A stretch of 64,000 nt of DNA from assembly GCA_963762145.1 (NCBI GenBank), contig CAVXJS010000019.1, positions 128,001 through 192,000 on the forward strand, in the 5' to 3' direction. Both the position numbers and the translations under genes were made by a program. This stretch comes from an uncultured Candidatus Rokubacteria bacterium. GTDB taxonomy: Bacteria; Methylomirabilota; Methylomirabilia; Rokubacteriales; CSP1-6. Under the pieces are notes generated by a model. It was not told where the DNA came from, made no database searches, and saw nothing but the letters and a program-made list of their open reading frames with translations. This document shows positions 1 to 8,338 of this stretch, one piece after another. Positions within the stretch are counted from its first letter, which is position 1, and the number at the start of each line of letters is the position of its first letter.

Positions 1-219
1 GAGGCTCTTCTTGTTGCGGTTGATGTAGCGGAAGTAGGGATTGCGCTCGCTGCCGTCGCCCATGCCGCGCGAGGAGTCGCCCGCGCCGGGCCGCTCGAGC
101 TTGATCACGTCGGCGCCCATGTCGGCCAGGATCATGGTGCAGAACGGGCCCGCCATGTGCTCGGTCATGTCGAGCACCTTCACGCCGTCGAGCGGGCCCC
201 GCGGGTTCCGATCAGCCAT
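1..219 (-). CDS. CoA-transferase family III (CaiB/BaiF), N-terminal part; runs off the window edge
   Basis: Manual translation from ATG at 219: MADRNPRGPLDGVKVLDMTEHMAGPFCTMILADMGADVIKLERPGAGDSSRG...YINRNKKSL, the typical CaiB/BaiF N-terminus. Confidence 0.9.
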   Translation of the reverse strand, partial: MADRNPRGPLDGVKVLDMTEHMAGPFCTMILADMGADVIKLERPGAGDSSRGMGDGSERNPYFRYINRNKKSL

Positions 220-739
220 GGTGTGGGATGCCTCCGATATCTCGCGCGTGGCCCAGCACGTGGGTCACCGCGATCTGGTGGAAGACGGTGGCGAGCGGGC
301 CGACCACGCCCCCCGCCGAGCGGATGCGGCGCGCGAACAGCTCCTCGTCGGCGGCTTCCACCGCCCGGATCGTGGCCGCGCGGTTGGTCTCGAACTCGGC
401 GAGCAGCGCGGCGACGGTCATGCCCTCGCGCTTGGCCACCTGGCGGTCGTTGTAGGCGTCGTTGCCGCCTTTCATCGTGCGGGTGGGCGGCGCCTCCTCG
501 ACCGGCGCGGGCGGCGTGCGGGCGATGTCGATCAGCCGGGGATAGCTCCACTCGATGGACGCGATGTGGGCCAGGATCTGGCGGCCGTTCCAGCCGTTCT
601 CGTAGCGGCCATCCTCGAGGCGGGCCGGGTCCATCGAGCGCACCAGCGCGATGACCTCGTCACGGCTCGCCGCGAGCGCGGCGAGCAGCTCGCGCTTCGT
701 CGGAGCGGGCCCGTCGGGGATCGCGAGGTAGTCGGCCAC
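212..739 (-). CDS. DinB/YfiT-like four-helix metalloprotein
   Basis: W-N-GRQILAH motif and C-terminal HxxxH (THVLGH); overlaps the CoA-transferase start. Confidence 0.75.
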   Translation of the reverse strand: MADYLAIPDGPAPTKRELLAALAASRDEVIALVRSMDPARLEDGRYENGWNGRQILAHIASIEWSYPRLIDIARTPPAPVEEAPPTRTMKGGNDAYNDRQVAKREGMTVAALLAEFETNRAATIRAVEAADEELFARRIRSAGGVVGPLATVFHQIAVTHVLGHARDIGGIPHHG

Positions 740-834
740 GGGGGAAAGAGTGAAGCCATGTCCCGTGGCCTGTCAACCCTGACCGGAAGGTCGCGGACTC
801 GCGCGTCAGGGCGCCCGCAGCTGCGGTGCTCTGA

Positions 835-1335
835 TTAGCTCGTGTAGCCGCGCGCCTGCATGCAGGCCGCGTAGGCGTTACGGTAGCGATCGTTGTGCTT
901 TCCGTTCTCGTTCAAGCCATAGAGCGTCCCGCCTCCGGCGCCCACGAGGGCACCGATGACCGCGCCCTTGCCCGCGCCGCTCCCACCATCGACGACGGCG
1001 CCGCCCGCCGCGCCGACGGCGGCACCCGCGACCGCGCCGATCGCCCCGGAGATCACGGTGTCCTTGGTGTTCTCACGCTGGCCGGCCTGGGCCGCCGCGG
1101 ACTGGTTGCAGGTGTTGATCGCCGACTGCGTCGGCACCCCCGCTGCCGTCGGAACCGCCGGTGACGTGGCCACGCGCGGCGTCGTGCGGCCCGGCGCGAC
1201 GTCGACCACCTTCTTCTCGCTCTGCCCGCCGCTCCAGTTCGCCACGACGAGGCCCGCCGCGAGCGCGGTGGCGACCACGAGAGCCATCCCGATGGTGGTC
1301 AGCTTCCACGGATTCTTCCAGCTGTCAGTGTTCAT
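835..1335 (-). CDS. Glycine-zipper membrane protein (YMGG-like)
   Basis: N-terminal TM segment, GAIGAVAGAAVGAAGG...GKGAVIGALVGAGGG zipper, C-terminal YAACMQARGY; start taken at MNTDSW after an AAGGA RBS. Confidence 0.8.
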   Translation of the reverse strand: MNTDSWKNPWKLTTIGMALVVATALAAGLVVANWSGGQSEKKVVDVAPGRTTPRVATSPAVPTAAGVPTQSAINTCNQSAAAQAGQRENTKDTVISGAIGAVAGAAVGAAGGAVVDGGSGAGKGAVIGALVGAGGGTLYGLNENGKHNDRYRNAYAACMQARGYTS

Positions 1336-1425
1336 GTCTGCAATCCTTCGTGGCCGCGCTATCAGCTTCGGCCGGTGCGGGGCAGTGGGCCTTGGGTTCA
1401 CGGTAGAGGAAGCAGAGGCCTCGGT

Positions 1426-1935
1426 TCAGGGCCGCGCCCCCGCTGAGAAGGTCGCGCGCCGGTTGATGGCGCGACACGGCGCCGTCTTCTCCTTGCATGC
1501 GGGCCACCCCCCACCGCGCGACGAGATCATGATGCGATCCGCGAGCGCTCCCTTTGATACCAGATAGGTCTTGGCAGACTGGGCGCGCTGTTCGCCGACG
1601 CCTCGGCTGAACGGGCTATCCCCCGGCCCATCGGTGTGGCCCTCGATCAGGAGGACCCGAGTCCGATCCCCAAGTAGCCAGAGGGCATGCGCATCGAGGA
1701 TCTTCGTATCGCGCGGCCGGATCTGGGTCGTGCCCGCGGCAAAATGGATGGGTGGGAGGAGATCGTTCGCGACAGGGTCGAGGGCCGATACGACGGCCGC
1801 GCGCGACGGCATCGGCGGGGCCGTCGGGGCCGCCGGCGTTGCGGGGCGAATGAAGGGGGAGCCGGCGAAGGCCGGAGCAAGAGCCAGGACGGGCAGGACT
1901 ACCAGCCACGCGAGGGTCCTGACGTGCGTCGGCAT
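1426..1935 (-). CDS. OmpA-family peptidoglycan-binding protein
   Basis: Signal peptide; IHF, IEGHTD, RAQSAKTYL and NRRA OmpA_C-like motifs. Confidence 0.85.
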   Translation of the reverse strand: MPTHVRTLAWLVVLPVLALAPAFAGSPFIRPATPAAPTAPPMPSRAAVVSALDPVANDLLPPIHFAAGTTQIRPRDTKILDAHALWLLGDRTRVLLIEGHTDGPGDSPFSRGVGEQRAQSAKTYLVSKGALADRIMISSRGGGWPACKEKTAPCRAINRRATFSAGARP

Positions 1936-2009
1936 CTGCGCTCCGTGCCGGACGCTAGCCGGAGCTCGAGCGGACGGGCCTATCGCATCGCGACCAACCG
2001 CCTGTCTCG

Positions 2010-2594
2010 CTAGGCCGGGTCATAGGTCAGCTCGTTCTTGACGGCGCGGACACCGGACACACCACGGGCCAGTTCGGAGGCGCGGGCGCTGGCGCCGATG
2101 TTCGGCGTGACACCCGTGAGGGTGACGACCCCGCCATCGGTCCGGACGTCGATCTTGGTGAGCTGGGTGGTCTTCGCGAGGCTGGCTTCGATCTGGCGCG
2201 TGATGTCCTTGTCGGAGACGTCGGTCGCCTTGCGGTCGCCGACCGGAACGACCTGCAGGTCGTTCTTGACGGCCTTGACGTGCTCGAGGCCGCTCGCGAT
2301 GGATCCGGCCGCGGTCCTCGCCTCGTCCGAATCGACCTTGCCGCGGAGCATGACGGTGCCGCGGACGGTCTCGACGCTGACCTGTCCGCCCTTGACCCGC
2401 TCATCGGCGTAGAGCGCGATCTTGGTCTTGGCGGTCAGCCAGGAGTCGGTCACTTCGGTTGTTGCATCCCGGGCGGCGCTCTTGGCCTTCTGCTCGATCT
2501 TGTCGGTAGTGGATTGGGAGGTCGCGTGCGTCGGCGCGGCCAGGATCGTTGCCATTGCCAAGGCGAAGGCGCCGAGGAGGCCGAGATGGGGCAT
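2010..2594 (-). CDS. Dual BON-domain periplasmic protein (OsmY-like)
   Basis: Signal peptide, then TDSWLTAKTKIAL...VSVETVRGTVMLRG and a second BON repeat IDVRTDGGVVTLTG...VKNEL. Confidence 0.9.
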   Translation of the reverse strand: MPHLGLLGAFALAMATILAAPTHATSQSTTDKIEQKAKSAARDATTEVTDSWLTAKTKIALYADERVKGGQVSVETVRGTVMLRGKVDSDEARTAAGSIASGLEHVKAVKNDLQVVPVGDRKATDVSDKDITRQIEASLAKTTQLTKIDVRTDGGVVTLTGVTPNIGASARASELARGVSGVRAVKNELTYDPA

Positions 2595-2601
2595 CGGCTT
2601 T

Positions 2602-2676
2602 CTACCGGAGCCCGAGGTAGCCGAGAATCGCGAATACGACGACCACGACGCCGATGATGTAGAAGATGTTGGACAT
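2602..2676 (-). CDS. 24-aa single-pass membrane peptide, absent from the ORF track
   Basis: MSNIFYIIGVVVVVFAILGYLGLR*, preceded by a strong AAGGAG RBS and ending 7 bp before the BON gene start. Confidence 0.7.
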   Translation of the reverse strand: MSNIFYIIGVVVVVFAILGYLGLR

Positions 2677-2724
2677 GTGTTTACTCCTTTCAGCTCTCGA
2701 CTGTACTCGGCAGGGAAGCCGAGG

Positions 2725-2759
2725 CCTAGGGGACCTAAGGTACGGGACCAAGGTCCAAT
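2725..2759. promoter_or_regulatory. Tandem palindromic operator-like boxes (GGACC-WW-GGTCC type)
   Basis: GCCTAGGGGACCTAAGGTAC followed by GGGACCAAGGTCCAAT, upstream of the peptide/BON unit; the motif recurs at about 3504, 3946, 7673 and 7808. Confidence 0.55.
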
Positions 2760-2874
2760 GGCACGGCTTGGACCAGGCGCGATGCAGCGCCAGATTGCGG
2801 TGGCTCGTCGAGGAAGAGTAAGGGCCGGGGCGATGTACTCGCCCCGACCCGGGTTGCCTGCCGGTTCTCCCGCG

Positions 2875-3459
2875 CTAACTTCTCGGGCGGACCAGCACCT
2901 CGACTTGCCCGTCCCGCTGCGAGCACGGCTCGGCAGAGTCATTACACTTCGATCGCTGCGTTGCGAAGCCGCCCGTCTCCATGCGGTCGGCGGGGACGCC
3001 GGCGCGGATCAGCGCGTCACGAACGTTGCTGACTCGCTGCTGGCTCAGGGCTACGTTGTACTGATTGGTTCCGCGCAGGAGATCCGTGGATCCGTCGATT
3101 CCGAGCCGGACGGCCGGATTCTGCGTCATGTAGGTCGCGATCTCGGAGACCTTGCTCATCTCGACAGGCCGGATCTCCGCCTTGTCGTAGTCGAAGCGGA
3201 TGTCCTTCAGGGCGGTCCAGCGCGGAACGGCGGCGACGGGACCCTGCGAGCCGGGCATGCCGGGTTGACCCTGCGACCCGGTCAGCCCGGTCTGGCCCTG
3301 GGACCCGGTCATCCCGGCCTGCCCCTGCGAGCCGGTCATCCCGGTCGGGCCCTGGGGACCCGTCATTCCGGTCGCACCCTGGGGACCGGTCATCCCGGTC
3401 GGGCCCGCACAACCGATGGCGAACAGGCCGACTGCTGCAAACCACATTCGATGTCTCAT
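2875..3459 (-). CDS. Lipoprotein with a collagen-like Gly-X-Y repeat and a C-terminal OmpA domain
   Basis: Lipobox FAIG-C, about 19 Gly-X-Y triplets, then [10 protein letters not shown]...IDGSTD...[16 protein letters not shown] OmpA domain. Confidence 0.85.
   Translation of the reverse strand: MRHRMWFAAVGLFAIGCAGPTGMTGPQGATGMTGPQGPTGMTGSQGQAGMTGSQGQTGLTGSQGQPGMPGSQGPVAAVPRWTALKDIRFDYDKAEIRPVEMSKVSEIATYMTQNPAVRLGIDGSTDLLRGTNQYNVALSQQRVSNVRDALIRAGVPADRMETGGFATQRSKCNDSAEPCSQRDGQVEVLVRPRS
3235..3405 (-). repeat. 27-bp (9-aa) tandem repeat encoding the collagen-like stalk
   Basis: [54 protein letters not shown]. Confidence 0.8.
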
Positions 3460-3503
3460 CAGGTGATACCTCCACGATCACGCTAGCAGCACGCCGGAGG
3501 CTT

Positions 3504-3525
3504 GCCTATTGGACCAATGGCCAAT
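3504..3525. promoter_or_regulatory. Palindromic operator-like box
   Basis: GCCTATTGGACCAATGGCCAAT, about 50 bp upstream of the collagen-OmpA start. Confidence 0.55.
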
Positions 3526-3530
3526 CAGGG

Positions 3531-3875
3531 TCAGTTCGAGAAGAGGTTCGAGAAGAAGCCCGTGACGCTGCGCCCGACGTTGACGGCGCCATCGCGCGCG
3601 TTGCCCCAGGCGGTCTTCGCCGGCGGCTCGGCGGCCTTGCCCGCGTCTTTGAGTTTTTCACCGCTGTATTGGGCGCCTTCGGAAACCGTGCCGCCTATGC
3701 CCTTGGCGGTCTCTTCGACACCTTCCCCGATCTTGCCGTCGGGGATCTTCTTCGCGCCGCGCTCGACCTGTTCCGTGGCGGCCTTCACCTTCGAGTCGTC
3801 GGCCGCGAGGGCATAGCCGGATGCGAGGAGTGAGAACGAGAATACGAACGCCGTGATCGATGCGAGATAGTTCAT
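3531..3875 (-). CDS. Small exported helical protein of unknown function
   Basis: AAGGAG RBS, signal peptide ending ALA-AD, Lys/Ala/Gly-rich amphipathic body. Confidence 0.7.
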   Translation of the reverse strand: MNYLASITAFVFSFSLLASGYALAADDSKVKAATEQVERGAKKIPDGKIGEGVEETAKGIGGTVSEGAQYSGEKLKDAGKAAEPPAKTAWGNARDGAVNVGRSVTGFFSNLFSN

Positions 3876-3945
3876 CTGGGCTCCTTTTCGTGGCCGTATG
3901 ACCGGCCATACCATACGGCTGAGTCTGGGCCGTTTCGGCCGACCT

Positions 3946-3966
3946 GCCTATTGGACCTTGGCCCAT
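3946..3966. promoter_or_regulatory. Palindromic operator-like box
   Basis: TGCCTATTGGACCTTGGCCCA; shares 13 identical bases (TGCCTATTGGACC) with the site at 3503. Confidence 0.55.
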
Positions 3967-4002
3967 CCGTGGTCCACCGGCCCCCTGCTCGAGGCCACCC
4001 CT

Positions 4003-6819
4003 TTATCCGGCACGCGCCGTAGGCTCAGTGGCTGTCGCGAGGCCGTCACGATCAGCCAGAGATCGCAGGGGCTCGCCGGCGAGCTGGAAGAGCGTGGGCA
4101 AGACCACCAGGGAGGCGGTCAGCGTCGCCGTGGAGCCGATGACCAGCAACAAACCCAGGCTCCACACGCCCCGATGTTGCGCGACGAGCAGGCTGCCGAA
4201 GCCGGTGATGGTCGTGAGGCCGTTGAACATCACCGCCATGACAGTGCTGCGCGCCAGCCGTGATCCCCCGCCGTGCTCCGGCGCCGCGAGGGACCGGAGA
4301 ACAATGTACAGGCCATACTCGGCGGCAGAGCCGATGATGAGCGGCAGCGCCCAGACATTCACGAGATTGAACTTGAGCCCGGCCAGCTCCATGACACCGA
4401 CCGTCCACAGTGTTCCGAGAATCAGGGGCACCATCGCGAGGACGGTCTCCCGCACCCGGCGGATCATGAGCGCTGCGATGCCGGCAACGAGGACGAAGGC
4501 GTACGCCAGCCCCAGCCGGAACGAGCTCTCGATGAGGCGCGTCGCCTCGTACCCGACGACCGGCTGTCCGGTCGCGTTGGGGTCGACGGTCCGCAGCTCC
4601 TCCACGAAGCGGGCCTGGCTCGCGTAGTCCCAGGGGTCGTGCCGGGAGTAGACCTGGAGGAGCATTCGCCCGCTCTTGCCGATGAACCTTCGCCGCAGCT
4701 CTTCGGGCAGGTCGTCGAGCGTGAGCGGCGCCGGCCTTGTGGCAAGCTGGAGCCGCTGCCATTGCGTGGCGAAGTCGTCTGCAAGCCGCGCCTGGTAATC
4801 GGCGAGTGCGACTTCGAGCACGTGTCGCTCGGCGGTCGTGAGCCGTTCGAGAAGGGCAGCCGTCGCTCGAGAAATGACGAGGACCTCTTCCGAGGGCCCT
4901 CCCGGACCGCTTTTCGCTTTCGCGGCGTCCATGCGGCGCTTCAAGGTGTCGAGAGCCCGGGTGAGCTCATGCAGATCGAGGGGACGCGGAGCGCCCACGC
5001 GGACACTGTCGGCCACGTCTGCGAGGCGCTGAAGGAGCGCCAGCTTCTCGGCGTGCCGATCCGGCAACACCGACAAGACGCTCTGGACATCTGAAACGGA
5101 GGGCAGACGCTCGAACGCGGCCTGCTTGGCCTCGAGCTCCGGGAGCGACGTGGCCGTCGATAACGCGGCGAACACGGAGCGTCCCGCCGCGGCGGCCGCC
5201 TTCCTCTCCCAGACCACCGACTCGGTGTCGTTGGCCTGGAGATTCAACAGATTGTAGTCGAAGCTCACGCGTGGCGCGGCCCACAGCGACGCTCCGGTCG
5301 CGCCGACCGCCACGACGACGATGGTCTTCCGATAGCGCGCGAGCCACTCCAGCGCCGGGACCGCGCGCCGGCTGTCGTGGTCCGCCCGCGCCTCCGGCGG
5401 GCGCGCAGCGGCGGGCCGGCCGTCGACCGGCACGAGCAGGGGGGTGTTCTGCCAGCGGTCGATCAGCAACACGGCGGCCGGGAACACGGTCACCATCGAC
5501 AGGAACGAGAGCAGGATCGCCGTGCCGGAGATGAAACCGAAATCGCGGATGCCCTGGAACTCCGCCGTCATCAGGATGTAAAAGGTCACGGCAGCGGTGA
5601 GGGCCCCGAGCAGAATGCCGGGGCCGCTTCGCGCGGCGGTGCGCTCGAGCGCCGCGATGAACGTCCGACCGAGCACGCGCTCTTCTCGATACCGGAAGAG
5701 GAAGAAGGTTCCGTAGTCGGTGCCCAGGCCGACGACGACGGAGATGAACATCATGGAGAGGATGGAGAGCTGGCCGACCAGCAGCGTGATGACACCGAGC
5801 GACCAGCCGAGGCTGAGCGTGAGGACCACGACCATCGCACACGAGGTCAGGAGGTGCCGGAAGGCGAGCAACAACAGGCCGAGGGTGAGCACCAACGCGA
5901 GGGCACTTGCGATTTCGCCGTCCCGGATGGCGGCGCTCAGCTCGTCGCTGAAGAGCGCGGGCGCGCCGGTGACCCCGGCCTCGACCGATGGAAAGTCCTG
6001 GCGGAGGCTTGCGATCGCGCCCCGGACGGCGAGGATCGCCGCGCGCTCCGCGGCGAAGGTGCGCGGCGCGTCGGCGAGGTCGATCACGACGAACAGCAAC
6101 CGCCGGTCATGCGATAGGAAATGGCCGCGGTCGGGGGCGGGGGTGGTAGCGGCGAAGAGGCTCGCCCATGGTGAGCGGTACGGCTGACCGTCGATCCGCT
6201 GCGACATGTGGGTCAGGAGATCGTGAAGCAGACGGTTGGGCGCCGGGTTCGGCTCTTCCTCGGCGCCGGGGCCGAATACTCCGGGCAGGAAGGTGGCGCC
6301 TACGGACTGGTTGATGCCATCGAGCAGTTGGGCGAGCGTCGGGGTGGCGGCAAAGTCGCCGAGCAGGTCTTCGTGGCTGGCGACCGTGTGGAGGGTGTCT
6401 CGCAGCGTGTCTAGCGGCAGGTACAGCAGTGCGTGGGCTTCGAGGCGGTTGGCATCGATGTGATAGCTGATGCGCGCCGTGCCGAGGGCGCCGTCGCGGA
6501 GGAGTCGGGCCAGGCGGGCCGCGTAGGCGGTGGAAGTCTCGACCTCCGAGCTTTGGACAACCACGACGATGTCCTCGAGCTGGCCGAAATCCTCCGCGTA
6601 GTCCTTGTAGAGCGTGGCGTACCGCTCGTGGAGCGGAAGCAGGTGGAACTTGGACGTCTCGAGCGTCAGGGAATGCGCAGCGTAGCCGACGCCGAGCACG
6701 GAAGAGGCGAAGGCCACGAAGACCGTCAGCGCCGGCCGGGCGCAGCAAAAGTTCACGACGCGCTGCAGGAGCCGGCCCGTTAGCGACAGTGCAATCGGCG
6801 GGGATCGCCGTCCAGACAT
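4003..6819 (-). CDS. MMPL/RND-family transporter, HpnN-like (hopanoid/lipid export)
   Basis: Two MMPL halves, AGVTGAPAL, VGLGTDYG, SFDYNLLNLQ...ESVVWE, GFGSLLVAQHRGVWSLG as in hopanoid-associated RND proteins. Confidence 0.85.
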   Translation of the reverse strand: MSGRRSPPIALSLTGRLLQRVVNFCCARPALTVFVAFASSVLGVGYAAHSLTLETSKFHLLPLHERYATLYKDYAEDFGQLEDIVVVVQSSEVETSTAYAARLARLLRDGALGTARISYHIDANRLEAHALLYLPLDTLRDTLHTVASHEDLLGDFAATPTLAQLLDGINQSVGATFLPGVFGPGAEEEPNPAPNRLLHDLLTHMSQRIDGQPYRSPWASLFAATTPAPDRGHFLSHDRRLLFVVIDLADAPRTFAAERAAILAVRGAIASLRQDFPSVEAGVTGAPALFSDELSAAIRDGEIASALALVLTLGLLLLAFRHLLTSCAMVVVLTLSLGWSLGVITLLVGQLSILSMMFISVVVGLGTDYGTFFLFRYREERVLGRTFIAALERTAARSGPGILLGALTAAVTFYILMTAEFQGIRDFGFISGTAILLSFLSMVTVFPAAVLLIDRWQNTPLLVPVDGRPAAARPPEARADHDSRRAVPALEWLARYRKTIVVVAVGATGASLWAAPRVSFDYNLLNLQANDTESVVWERKAAAAAGRSVFAALSTATSLPELEAKQAAFERLPSVSDVQSVLSVLPDRHAEKLALLQRLADVADSVRVGAPRPLDLHELTRALDTLKRRMDAAKAKSGPGGPSEEVLVISRATAALLERLTTAERHVLEVALADYQARLADDFATQWQRLQLATRPAPLTLDDLPEELRRRFIGKSGRMLLQVYSRHDPWDYASQARFVEELRTVDPNATGQPVVGYEATRLIESSFRLGLAYAFVLVAGIAALMIRRVRETVLAMVPLILGTLWTVGVMELAGLKFNLVNVWALPLIIGSAAEYGLYIVLRSLAAPEHGGGSRLARSTVMAVMFNGLTTITGFGSLLVAQHRGVWSLGLLLVIGSTATLTASLVVLPTLFQLAGEPLRSLADRDGLATATEPTARAG

Positions 6820-6822
6820 GGG

Positions 6823-7536
6823 TCACCGGGCCAGCTGTCCTCCGGAAGAGCCCGTTGCGGGCGCTGCGAAGCCGATTTGGCGTGATCTGAGTCTTGCCAC
6901 CAGGGCTTCATAGGAATCGGTCCGGACGACCTTGTTGAATTGTGATCGGTAACTCGCCACGAGGCTGATGCCGTCGATGCTGAGGTCGTAGACTTGCCAG
7001 CGGTCCCGGGGGCGGTGCATCCGGTAGTCGAGCGACATCCTGCCGCCTTTGCCGAGGAGGAGCGTCGTCCGCACGACGGCCTGGGACCCATCAACCACGT
7101 CATCCTGGAAGGTCATCTCGGAGTTGTACTGGTCCACCTTGGAGATGTACGTGCGCTGGAGGAGCTCGGTGAACAGGCGAACGAACTCTTCACGTTCGGC
7201 CGGCGTGCGCTGGGCCCAGTGTTGCCCGAGGGACCGCTTCGCGGTCTCGCCAAAGTCGAAGATCTCGTCGGCAACCTTGTTGACCGCGGCGCTGCGCTCA
7301 TTGAACTTGGTATCGCCGCTCAGCGCCGGGTCCCTGAGGATCTTGACCACCCGTTCGACTCCATCGCGGAGCTGATCGGTGGGGGGGCCTGCCCACGCGC
7401 CCTGAACCCAAGGGAGCGCGAAGAGCGCTAGCAGGATCAGGAGAACCGTGTGTAGAACGACCGTGACAGTCGGCGCGGATACCGAGGCGTCACGGAGCGT
7501 GCACCGCTTCGTCGGGGAGTTCCGGTATGGAGCCAT
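6823..7536 (-). CDS. MlaC/Ttg2D (HpnM-like) lipid-shuttle protein
   Basis: IFDFGETAKRSLGQHW...EFVRLFTELLQRTY...WQVYDLSIDGISLVASYRSQF; GGAGGAG RBS before ATG 7536. Confidence 0.9.
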   Translation of the reverse strand: MAPYRNSPTKRCTLRDASVSAPTVTVVLHTVLLILLALFALPWVQGAWAGPPTDQLRDGVERVVKILRDPALSGDTKFNERSAAVNKVADEIFDFGETAKRSLGQHWAQRTPAEREEFVRLFTELLQRTYISKVDQYNSEMTFQDDVVDGSQAVVRTTLLLGKGGRMSLDYRMHRPRDRWQVYDLSIDGISLVASYRSQFNKVVRTDSYEALVARLRSRQIGFAAPATGSSGGQLAR

Positions 7537-7672
7537 TGTCTCCTCCCACTCCAGCAGCTGGAGGATGCCGGATCTGATCCACTGCTCGGCGGTCTCGGTG
7601 ATGACGACGTCATCTCCTCCGTGCGGCTCGGCACCTGTTTTTGCCTCCACATTAAGGCTCCGTCGGAGGGCC

Positions 7673-7698
7673 GCCTAGTGGACCTTGGTCCAGTAGGT
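7673..7698. promoter_or_regulatory. Near-perfect palindromic operator-like box
   Basis: CCTA-GTGGACC-TT-GGTCCAG-TAGG upstream of the MlaC-MMPL operon. Confidence 0.6.
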
Positions 7699-7807
7699 GG
7701 CCGCCATCTTTCGGCAGCATCTCGCCCTTGCCGACCTCAGTGTTCGCCTGTGTTGCTTCGCGTCAACGAGTGGCGAGGCCCAGGAGGGGTTGGGCTTGCG
7801 GGGGAGG

Positions 7808-7825
7808 ATTGGACCAAAGGCCAAT
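7808..7825. promoter_or_regulatory. Palindromic operator-like box
   Basis: ATTGGACCAAAGGCCAAT upstream of the PilZ gene. Confidence 0.5.
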
Positions 7826-7864
7826 ATGTGACGTTCCTACTGGGCGGTTAGCGTCATAGGAAGG

Positions 7865-8338
7865 ATGCAGCCAACGTTGACGGCATCCCATCGCATTCCG
7901 GAGGAGGCCCACATGCATGCACGGCCCGGATCTGGAACAGATGGTTCAACCGCTACACGCCATGTCCACTCAGACGCGGCACTTCGAGCTGGAGAGAGAT
8001 ACGGCACTCAGCGGGCCCCACGGCGATACCCGAGATTCAGCGTGTCGTGGCCCGTGGTGGTGGAGGCCGGGAAGCGTTTCTTTCTCCTGCAAACCGTCAA
8101 TGTGAGTGGCCGCGGGGCCAGGGTGAGGCCGACGGAGCGGCTCGGTGAGGGTAGCGTCGCCAAGCTGCACTTCCACCCGCCCAACGGGGCGTCGCTCGAT
8201 GTCGAAGCGATCGTCTGGCGTGTCGACCGAGACGGCTTGGCGTTCTTCTTCACCGACGACTACCAGCGACGCCTGGGCACCCTGCTCGCGCAGGTCGCCG
8301 GGGCTCCCCCGGAATTGTGGACGTCCACGCTGACCTAG
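7865..8338 (+). CDS. Stand-alone PilZ-domain (c-di-GMP receptor) protein
   Basis: RRYPR (RxxxR) and NVSGRG (D/NxSxxG) motifs; the true start may be ATG 7913 after GGAGGAGG. Confidence 0.85.
   Translation: MQPTLTASHRIPEEAHMHARPGSGTDGSTATRHVHSDAALRAGERYGTQRAPRRYPRFSVSWPVVVEAGKRFFLLQTVNVSGRGARVRPTERLGEGSVAKLHFHPPNGASLDVEAIVWRVDRDGLAFFFTDDYQRRLGTLLAQVAGAPPELWTSTLT

Noticed and set aside
2759-2775. TGGCACGGCTTGG as a sigma54 promoter
   Set aside because: The -12 GC is not at the required spacing and it faces away from the local genes
3235-3405. Periodic repeat considered as a CRISPR array
   Set aside because: 27-bp in-frame coding repeat with no unique spacers and no cas genes
835-8338. Island as a mobile element or prophage
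   Set aside because: No integrase, transposase, tRNA target or flanking direct repeats are visible
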